Part shown: positions 54,001 to 64,000 of the stretch, in pieces
How the letters are laid out: every line of letters starts with the position of its first letter
Position numbering within the stretch: position 1 is the first letter of the stretch
Source of the DNA: Tubulanus polymorphus
Lineage: Eukaryota; Animalia; Nemertea
DNA length: 64,000 bases
Direction of reading: 5' to 3'
Assembly: GCF_964204645.1 (NCBI RefSeq)
Contig: NC_134033.1
Coordinates: 15,446,655 to 15,510,654 of the forward strand
Notes under the pieces: generated by a model
What the model was told of the DNA's origin: nothing
What the model saw: the letters and a program-made list of their open reading frames with translations, nothing else
Database searches by the model: none
Made by a program: the position numbers and the translations under genes

Positions 54001-54876
54001 AATTGAATGTTCTAAAACTTTGATATATTTTCCAGATTGTATAGAATGTATGGCTTGTTCTGATAACGTCGTCCGTGCAGGATTCACACCTAAATACAAA
54101 GACGTCGATACGCTGTGCGAAATGTTGAATTATTCGGGGAAAACCGCGTCCGAAAATCGGTTCAAGGCTCGACCGCATCCTTCAGATCCATACGTTACCG
54201 TGTACGATCCTGACATCGATGATTTCACCGTGTCAAAAATAGAGGTATTAGAAACATGTGTTGACGTCATTTTAACTGAAATTAGGGGGGGGGGGTTCCT
54301 CCCACTAGAAGAAGTCTAAGCATCTAGAACGGTTCTACAAAATGGTTCTACGACTGGCTGTAATTTGCCAATGTATGTGTAACTTTCCTAAGCCAAGTTG
54401 TAAAAATGTTTATCTCGGCACAGTATAAGGGATGAGGGCCGGCAGGAGCACTTAGCCCCCCCCCTGGATCGGCTCCTGATTAGGAATATTTTAGACACCG
54501 ACCATCTTCGATTTTCAGTAACAGATATAAGGCTTCAGTTGCCCGAAACTATTTTGCCCGAGTCTTGTTTGATCAGATTCAAGATGGCCGCCTTTATGTG
54601 AAATATGGGTATTGAATCATTTGCTTAACTATAAAAACTATAATTTCTGTTTGTTAATTTCTGATTTTGCTGTTTCAGTTGCCGGCTGATGTGACGGATT
54701 ATTCTCTACCGCTCATAGATGGCGCCAGTATCATCCTCGTAATCGAAGGTGAAGGTCGCACGATCGAACCGCTGTCGCGTGGTTCGGTGCTGTTCGTTTC
54801 AGCCAATCAAAACGTGACAATCGCTAAATCAAATGGTCAAAGAATGTTGATGTTTCGAGCTTATTGTCAGTTGTAA
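51035..54876 (+). CDS. MPI: Mannose-6-phosphate isomerase (type I PMI), 409 aa, 8 exons
   Basis: Exons 51035-51047, 51206-51333, 51597-51788, 52220-52361, 52457-52630, 53197-53370, 54036-54244, 54679-54876 (1230 nt). Motifs [96 protein letters not shown]. Confidence 0.97.
51410..52165. repeat. Degenerate tandem repeat of about 75 bp on both sides of MPI exon 3
   Basis: gtggaatcctctattgc..agttgatgtc..ctgcac.ctag(c/t)gacacctggtggatcctcact at 51410-51560 and 51850-52165. Confidence 0.8.
52864..53031. mobile_element. pogo/Tc1-mariner-like MITE
   Basis: TA|cagtggaacctcgttacaac ... gttataacgaggtgttccactg|TA. It sits inside sequence resembling the interior of the piggyBac-like MITE at 11066. Confidence 0.8.
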
Positions 54877-57233
54877 AATTTTACTGCGGAACAATCAAAT
54901 TATTTATTGAATTAAATAGAATATTTATTTCTAAGAGAGAAAAGATGATTTCATTTCTTATTTTAAGGCCCATAATCAAAAACGATATCTTGTTTCTCCT
55001 TATCGGCCGGGTCATTTTGTAAACTGTAGTGAAATTTGTCATGACAGTCATTTCTATAACTGCCGGGTCTGTTATTAGTATAATAGTAGCTAGCTTGATC
55101 ATGATTTCTGAAAAATACTTATATTGGGCAGACGGGTAAACTTTTAAGCTCAGCAGAAATGAGAAGCAAGGTATCAATTTTTTTAGCCTGAAGCATTTTA
55201 GAGAATATCTCAATCTGTCACTGTCTATTTCTGGTGTATTATTACATGACATCTCACTGATGCAAAGTGGTACTGATGGTGGTAGAGGATATGAACCCGA
55301 TACCTAGGACATCCCTAAAAAAGTTCCTATTTCCGATGGATGGTGCCTATGAAATAGCGGCCTGTTTTAAGAATAGTGGTCAACTCAAATCTTACAGCTC
55401 ATAGTTCGGCAAAATTAGAATGTTAACGCCTCTTATTCAGTATTGAGACCATACTCACAATCGGTATCAAACTTCACAGAGGCTCGTATCAGAGTTGTAG
55501 ACTGTTAATCCAGTGTTATTTTATATACGTTTTACTACAATAAGGATGGGGTTAGTACCTAGCCGTTGTTCCTCAAAGTCAAACAACGTAACAGTTGTAG
55601 AGAACCGTAACAACGACTGGTATTCGGACTAGGATGGGGTGTATGGTTTGAGAATAAGTTTAATGGGTCATCTGTAAAACTGATGCGCAAGAAAACAAAA
55701 GTTTTGAATATTCGCGCGAGAAAACAAAAAATGGGCAAATGTAAGATTTTGATATAGAAAATATGCCGTATATGCGATTTCCAGGCATGGAAACAAAATC
55801 CACACCTAACATAACATAACAAACGCCCCTTTTTAGAAAGTACCCATCTATCTTCGGGACAGGCAACCAGATGCAGACTATCGTATCACAAGGTGCTTTC
55901 GATTCAAGCCGTACTAGTTTAATCGTTCATTTTTCGGAGGTTGAAAATAGACAAAACAACACAAAAGTCATGGAATTTGTTTTGTCAAATCGGATTTGAT
56001 TTTCCTAATTATAATTTGCTAGTCACGTGTAATCTATTCAAATAAGATTTGCACAACAGGATGAATTTGACGACTTATTCAAAACGGCTGACAGGAAAAA
56101 AACTGCCCCGGTTATTGAAATATTATTTCCTATGAATGAGTTTCAATTTGTCTAAGTTTTGACCAATCTATATATCAGTGTTTCGAAAAAATCACCTCCG
56201 GATGATTTGATATCGCTGTGAATTTGATACCGTGTTAATTCAACAAGAAACGAAATTCTTATATGGACTTATCTAAATTTACATGATGATGTACGTTTAA
56301 TCCAGTATCTAAATTAAAGAAAAAAAATTATTTTTTCTTAAATTATAGGAGTGTAAATAAAGCATGAAGTTTCTGGCAGAATTTCAGAGAATCCGTGCTC
56401 GAAGTAATTAAAAAAGCCTAATATGTCTCCCCTCAATTGAATCAAGGACTATTTCTGTCTTGACGGCGGGATCTCCGTGATAACTGCATGAATGATGATT
56501 AATCGCGAGGTAGTTGGGTTTCCCCCCAATGACTCAAATAGACCACTTTCCTCGTGCATGGTGTTAGTTAGTTATCTCGGGGTACATGAACTGTCCGTGA
56601 CTAATAAACTAATTTCATTAGTAAATGTTTACGCGGTTTCTATGATATGAAGACCTGTGTTGGTGTGAATCTTTTACTGAAGTGCTATCGGTCGGTATAA
56701 TTTATAAATTATTTTAGAATTTAAGAAAAAAAAACAGGCGGCGACTATAATAAACTACGGAAGTAGCTGTTGGGAATCAAGTAATTTACTTCATGGCCTT
56801 ATTAAAGTTCCTCCACTATATTGTTAAGCTGACTACTGGCGCGTATTCAACCCGGCGGTGGAACCTTTCTTAATGTAAAACCATTCAACAATTGAGACAC
56901 AATTGCGCCTTTTCAGAGTTGTTCATATCATTTATACGCGCCATTGAATACGTCACCGGCTGACCACGGTGTACACAAGCATACGCCATTCACCTCAGCT
57001 TACTCACACTGTGAACATGCTACCGTGGATTCTCCTCCTGGCGATTTTCGCTGCGCTCCCGCTCTTGCTCCTGTTCCTGCTTCCTGAGGAACGACATCTT
57101 TATGTTTTATGTGTTACTGTTCGTCTCTGTGCTGTCCTGTACTGTTCCGTGTTCATTAATCCGTTCTATTTTTCAGGTTTTAACCCGTTTTATTTTTCAG
57201 GGCCGATTTCTCTGTCGAATTTCAACGTTTGCT

Positions 57234-58015
57234 GGAACAAAACTAATGTCCGAAAGCGTCAGCTCTCCTTCGCCGGTCACGTGTCGAGGATGTCAGACAA
57301 AGCGTCGGTCAGGAAATGGCTGCCCTCTACACGCCCTCATACGGAACACGAAAACCAGGATGACGAGGCCTCACTGCCCCCACCTATCTACAAAGTGTGC
57401 TGAGTGATGTCAATGACGGGCATATCCGTGGGATTGCGCGGGATACAAATGGAGCGGTTATACTGGATTGTCACGCTACTAGCATTCATTGTGTCCTTGT
57501 GACCGCCCGGATGAGGGATGATTCTACTGTCACGCTCTTTGTTTCTGGTATTCTGAGTCGGCTGAGGGATGATTCTACTGTCACGCTCTTTGATTTCTAG
57601 TTTGATTGCTAGTTTTCATTGTGTCCTTGTGACAACCCCGGTCAGTGGATGAAGTCTCTTGTCGGCTTGTGAGTGCTAGTTTCATTGTGTCCTTGTGACA
57701 ACCTCGGTCAGTGGATGAAGTCTCTTGTCACGCTTTTGAGTGCTAGTTGAGATCCTGAATCTCAACCCGGTCAAGCTGGTTGTACTGCGCTATTTGTGTT
57801 TCGTGCAATTTTACAGGTGTGTCAGTTACTGACGTCGCCCAGTACATCCTGCAGTTAGATGGGGAATGTGAGGCGTTGTCATTCTGGTTTTCGCGTTCTG
57901 TGTGAGGGCGTGTAGAGGGCAGTATATTCCTGGCTGGCTCTTTGTCTGGTGTTCTTGGCATGTGACCGGCGACGGAGAGCTGAAAAGCTTTCGGACATTA
58001 GTTTTGTTCCGTACC
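57234..58015. mobile_element. Two inverted, decayed fragments of a non-LTR retrotransposon 3' region (RTE-like)
   Basis: Plus copy at about 57234-57465 encodes VRKRQLSFAGHVSRM and, after a frameshift, ALYTPSYGTRKPG, typical of the post-RT C-terminus of RTE-type LINEs. Diverged minus copy at about 57778-58015; short tandem repeats lie between them. Confidence 0.6.
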
Positions 58016-61000
58016 AGGTTTTCATCGCTCTTCTCTTTTTTTTCATTTCAGGACGCCCAAGATGAAGAAGAAGATGCTGAAGGTGACTACAATGAAGAAG
58101 ATGCCGAAAAAAGAAACTGAACTCAGCAATATTGAAAGTTAAGTTGATACACATGTAAATTACGATGGGTGATACGGAAAGGATTGTGTAACTACAGAAT
58201 ATCGTTCTTTTACTCATTTCAGGTTAATCCGGAAAGGCCCATCTAAAATCTGCCCACCAGAAGTGCCCACAAAAGACTCCACCTTGAAGTACCACCAAAC
58301 ACCGAAAGACCTGCTGCAACCGAACTTGCAGTCTTCACCTCATCCTGCATGGCAACAGGAATGCATACAGACATAAAGCTAAGTTGATTTTTCATATCTG
58401 GGGTAGAATGCATAGGCACTGGTGAGGATAGAGACGCTGGTCAAGCTCACCATCTCCGCACTACTTTATTGAAGCTCTGTGGTCGGTAGTAAATTGAAAT
58501 ATAGCTAGGGCAATGATTGCTTGAATATTTACAATATTAGACGAAATGATTGAGTGAGGGCCCTTAAATATTCTTTAGTCTGATAATTAAAATGTAGATT
58601 GGTCAGTCATTGATTAAAAGATTTTGTAAGTATTTACAATTAAGGTAAATTCAATATCTTATGTGACATTTGAAATTTTTCGAATGTACCGTAGATATTT
58701 CAGGCCTCATATGACTATTGTTTAACTGACAATCAAGATATAGATAGAACAATTTACTAATTAACCAATCGCTTAGATATAAGCAATCATTCAATATCTT
58801 ATAATGTTTGATGAAAAATTCTTCTGCTGTACATATTTTAGGGCCCCATATACATTAAGGCTGGCTTTACTTGTAAAGATATATATCAATTAAACTTTAT
58901 CGTCAGTTAATAGATTTTTTTACAAATAATATATTGATACATATGTCATTTATATGTCATTTATAAACATTCAGGCACTTTGCAGTATATGTTATATGCT
59001 GCTTTACCCATTGCATTAATGAATTTCTGGGGGAAAGATGTATAAAATAGTGTCTAGGGCTCTATCAAGATCTGGTGTAATATATATGGGGAAAACTATG
59101 GACTGTGGGTCTTTTAGAAACTGTGATTAGGTCTCGGCACTTTGACAAATCTAGAATAAAACGAAGCTTCAATTGGTTCAAATCATTCCCGACAGCCATA
59201 CTCTGTGCCTTGTTTTGCGCTATGATTATTGTTTCACTGACTATTATCATATATAGCTAGGAAAAATTGCTCATTAACCAATGGCTTAGATCCACAATTA
59301 AGATGAATTCAATATTTCTATGATCAAAAAAATCTGTACGGTATGTAACACAGGTCCATAATATAAATGTTGTAAAACTGAAAGTTTAAATATAACTGAT
59401 ATATGTATGAGCACATCTGAATCAGTCTCATCGACTGATCAGTATTTACATCTCCAACTGCCGGGCTTACGGCGACTGGTCATGCTATTCAATATTGCCA
59501 AAATTTACCAAACCTAACTGATTCAAATGATAACTAAAAGCCATACTGTGTGTCAAGTGACGCATAATAGATATTGTTTAACTGACAATTAGAATATAGC
59601 AATAATGAATTACTTATTAACGTATTACTAAGATATCTATGATTAAGGTGAATTCAATATGTTATGTTAAATTATTTTTAATTCAGGTCTATGGACATTT
59701 AAAATGTAGCTGATACACGTGTTTCTGAGCATATTTATTTATCTGTATCTAGTGAACCTATTGTGTCTTCATACAGCTGTATTAGTTCTGATACATATTG
59801 CCAAAATCATTTCACGCAGATTTACTTCCGATCGAAGGGAGATAAAACAAATCTGTGCACAAATACATTCCTGGATTTGGAAGGGGGAATATTTCAATTT
59901 CACTGTGTATGTCAGATTGAGAGCCTTATTCTGACAGGATATCCTAAACTTAGGTCTTATTCCTCTTGCTAAAAGCTCTCTTTTACTAACCCTTCTCCTT
60001 CAAACTATATTCCAGCATCATGTCTTGCACCGCACCAGGGAGGTCCGGTCATAACAAGGTCTTTCGGTCCTTATACACAGTGTACTACAAAAGGGAAATA
60101 AAGATTATATAGCAATTTGACTAAGGAAATTTCTAATTTACCACTAATGTGCTTTTATCTTAAGTTCTGATGAATTCAAACTGTGATGAATTCACCACAA
60201 CTGAAATTCTACTCGTGTAGATTTTCAGGCTCCATGTTCAACTGACAAGTAGCTAGTGTGATTACTAATTAATGGATCACTTTAATATCTAGAAGATTAA
60301 TTGAAATTAATTAAATATAATGAATATAAGTGAAAATTATTCAAAAGATAGAGCAGTGGATGAGACGACTATATCGACTGTATCGTGCAATGTTGTCTGC
60401 GTCTAACTGGGCCACATGTGTGAGGGATCTGTTGAATCAGTTAGGTTTTGGGGAATTCTGGGTTCGTCAAACTAGATATCAAATGCTCTGATGCAAAATT
60501 AGCAGTTTGAAATAGTGATCAATCCAAATTTGGCCCCGTGTAAGATATTGCCAGAGAAAATTTTAATCATAGCTAGGAAATCATAGGGGTTGATATGACG
60601 ACTGTATAATTCAATATTGGTTGATTTCTAAAGAAAGCAGGGTGTGTTTTAACTCTGTCTCTTGTGCGAGGGATTTATTGAATCTTTAAGGCTTTGCAGA
60701 ATTCTGTATTTGTCAAGGTGTGGGAATGATTCAAGGTTTCTTAAATCTGTAGAACCATGTTGACCAGGATCAGTGTGCTCAACACTGGCAGCACACTATT
60801 CAGTTAGTTTTAGTATCATGACTACAAGATCATTGTATATATTAGGAGCAATTTTTAGAATTTACTCTACTGAAATGGATTAGAATACCATTCACTGGAT
60901 ACAGATGTCACCATCTATGGGTAGAAATTATCTCTTACAGTTTATTAATTGACGATGAAGTTAATTTGATAATACAAATATGGTTTAGCCAACAATCGAA

Positions 61001-61619
61001 ATGTATATAGAGCAATATTACCAGCAGGTTTACACTGTATGATGGGCCTGGGTTTCAATAAAAGCCTACTGGCATACTGGGTTGTTTAGCACTCGAGAAA
61101 GAGACACATCAAGAATTAACGAAAAATAGAAGAGAAAAACAGTACAAAAACGATTTGATAAGATTTATTATGCATTGCTAAATTTGTTGTAACTCAGGTA
61201 TTCCTGAAGATGACTATAGATGCTTTAGTTGAATTGTTGTTAAACTGTAATAATCAACCATTGCTTAGATATTTAGAATATAGATGAATTACTATATGAG
61301 TTGGATTTCATAAATATCATTTAAGACTCTTATCAAAATCTACATAACGATCCACATTGCTGATCTTACATATGAATTGACATGATAATTATGATCAGTG
61401 ATATTCGAAAGGATTTTCTGCTCAAAAGGTTCTGCTCTTTTCTTCAGCTTGCCGTTTCAGACTGATTGGAAGATAGTTTGAATGAACCGGAATCGAATTT
61501 CCCAATTATGTACTTCGATTTCAGACATACTCGAGAAAAACTACAATAAAATTTAAAAAATTAGACAAATTTAAACGGTGAAAACGACAAAAAAATTAAA
61601 GTTAGACAAAATTCTCCCA

Positions 61620-62072
61620 CCTTGTAAACTTTCGGACTAGTTACATGAAAAAAAGACCAAATATTGTAAAATATAGTTATTTCCAAAATCTTGATGTTTT
61701 AAATTAGGCAGAAAAAAATAGATAAAATTATTCAACCTTGTAAACTTTCGGACTAGTTACATGAAAAAAAGACCAAATATTGTAGAATATAGTTATTTCT
61801 AAAATCTCGATGTTTTAAATTAGGCAGAAAAAAATAGATAAAATTATTCAACCTTGTAAACTTTCGGACTAGTTACATGAAAAAAAGACCAAATATTGTA
61901 AAATATAGTTATTTCCAAAATCTCAATGTATTAAATTAGGCAGAAAAAAAATCTAGATAAAATTATTCAACCTTGTAAACTTTCGGACTAGTTACATGAA
62001 AACAAGACCAAATATTGTAAAATATAGTTATTTCCAAAATCTCGATGTATTAAATTAGGCAGAAAAAAGTTA
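61620..62072. repeat. Tandem repeat of about 116 bp, 4 copies
   Basis: ccttgtaaactttcggactagttacatgaaaaaaagaccaaatattgtaaaatatagttatttccaaaatc...taggcagaaaaaaatagataaaattattcaa. Confidence 0.95.
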
Positions 62073-62476
62073 ACCCCAATCAGTCACTCAATTTCAAGAA
62101 GATAGAAAAGAAAACAGTTCAAAAACGATTTGATTAGATTGATTATGCATTGCTAAATTTGTTGTAACTCTGGTATTCCTCAAGATGACTATAGATACTT
62201 TAATCGAATTGCTGTTAAACTATAATAATCAACCATTGCTTAGATATCTAGAATATAGATGAATAACAATATGAGTTGAATTTCATATAAATATCATTTG
62301 ATAATTGACTATTATCAAAATCTATATACCGGTGCACATTGCTGATCTTGTATGTGAATTGACACGTTCATAATGATCAGTGATATTCGAAAGGATTTTC
62401 TGCTCACAAGATTCTTCTCTCTTTTTAGCTAAACTACTAATCAACTAGTTATAAAATGGACAAAATGATCTTCAAG

Positions 62477-63674
62477 CTTGTAATATAGATATCCACAATC
62501 TCGATGTAATAAGATGGGCAGGAAAAATAAACCTTGTAATATAGATATCCAAAATCTAGATGTATTAAAATAGGCAGAAAAAAAATTAACCTTGTAATAT
62601 AGATATCCAAAATCTCGATGTAATAAAATAGACAGAAAATAAATTATCCTTGTAACATAGATATCCAAAATCTCGATGTAATAAAATAGGCAAGAAAAAG
62701 AATAAACCTTGTAATATAGATATCCAAAATCTAGATGTATTAAAATAGGCAGGAGAAAAATTAACCTTGTAATATAGATATCCAAAATCTCGATGTAATA
62801 AAATAGACAGAAAAAAAATTATCCTTGTAATATAGATATCCAAAATCTCGATGTAATAAAATAGGCAAGAAAAAGAATAAACCTTGTAATATAGATATCC
62901 AAAATCTAGATGTATTAAGATAGGCAGAAAAAAAGCTAACCTTGTAATATAGATATCCAAAATCTCGATGTAATGAAATAGGCAGAAAAAATAAACCTTG
63001 TAATATAGATATCCAAAATCTAGATGTATTAAAATAGGCAGAAAAAACAGTTAACCTTGTAATATAGATATCCAAAATCTCGATGTAATAAAATAGGCAG
63101 AAAAAAATAAACCTTGTAATATAGATATCCAAAATCTAGATGTATTAAAATAGGCAGAAAAAAAAGTTAACCTTGTAACATAGATATCCAAAATCTCGAT
63201 GTAATGAAATAGGCAGAAAAAATAAACCTTGTAATATAGATATCCAAAATCTAGATGTATTAAAATAGGCAGAAAAAAAGCTAACCTCGTAATATAGATA
63301 TCCAAAATCTCGATGTAATGAAATAGGCAGAAAAAATAAACCTTGTAATATAGATATCCAAAATCTAGATGTATTAAAATAGGCAGAAAAAAGCTAACCT
63401 TGTAATATAGATATCCAAAATCTCGATGTAATGAAATAGGCAGAAAAAATAAACCTTGTAATATAGATATCCAAAATCTAGATGTATTAAAATAGGCAGA
63501 AAAAACAGTTAACCTTGTAATATAGATATCCAAAATCTCGATGTAATAAAATAGGCAGAAAAAAATAAACCTTGTAATATAGATATCCAAAATCTAGATG
63601 TATTAAAATAGGCAGAAAAAAAAATTAACCTTGTAATATAGATATCCAAAATCTTGATGTATTAAAATAGGCAG
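62477..63674. repeat. Satellite of about 59-60 bp, about 20 copies, alternating A/B monomers
   Basis: aaccttgtaatatagatatccaaaatct(ag/cg)atgta(tt/at)aaaataggcagaaaaa. Confidence 0.97.
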
Positions 63675-64000
63675 TCAACTTAATTGACCCCAATCAGTCG
63701 CTTGCCCGTTCAGACTGGTTGGAAGATCTTTGAATGAACCAGAACCGAATTTCCCGATTACGTACTTCGATTTTGAAAAGAAAAATTATGTAAACTCGAC
63801 CGCCGATCACACAACTATATATGTACTTCGATTTTCGATTTTGAAAAAAAACCGTCTGTTTCGTTCCCGGGGTGTGGCAAATTTGTAAGGGACACCAATT
63901 CAAATCAAACGAAATCTACCAATCAAAAATTGATAAAAACAGCCCGCTGAAGAATCAAACCAGAAGATCGTCACTGATACTGAACCCAACAATCTTGAAA

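Noticed and set aside
56969-58120. Signal-peptide-like ORF (MLPWILLLAIF...) and acidic exon-like piece (DAQDEEEDAEG...)
   Set aside because: Could not be joined into a consistent spliced model; they overlap decayed LINE fragments.
62441-63590. Hydrophobic repeat ORFs on the minus strand
   Set aside because: Translations of the 60-bp satellite.

Overview
This is AT-rich, intron-containing animal (invertebrate-type) genomic DNA, not prokaryotic; the taxon cannot be fixed from sequence alone. I assembled gene models by hand from GT-AG boundaries and frame continuity. Left to right: (1) the 5' end of an unidentified minus-strand gene running off the left edge; (2) a 13-exon RYK/Derailed-family Wnt-receptor pseudokinase (1991-18563, +); (3) a 7-exon secreted protein of three highly divergent CUB-like modules (25038-29865, +); (4) a 3-exon protein with five C2H2 zinc fingers (38824-42929, -); (5) an AKAP14-like gene (43738-46139, -); (6) a 181-aa protein resembling only the C-terminal helical tail of eIF2A/PYM, plus a UVR-like hairpin (47680-50563, -); (7) mannose-6-phosphate isomerase, head-to-head with (6) (51035-54876, +). 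Introns and intergenic DNA are packed with minisatellites and non-autonomous elements: Harbinger-like MITEs with CWG target duplications, a MITE family with 9-bp TSDs and B-boxes in its TIRs, piggyBac-like and pogo-like MITEs, and an RTE-like LINE relic. The most unusual items are a TSD-flanked fold-back element carrying two mirror-image minimal hammerhead-ribozyme motifs (Penelope-like/retrozyme architecture) in the CUB gene intron, the stand-alone eIF2A-tail-like protein, a satellite made of the AKAP14 splice acceptor itself, and satellites bracketing single frame-symmetric exons. Most long ORFs in the supplied track are repeat artefacts.
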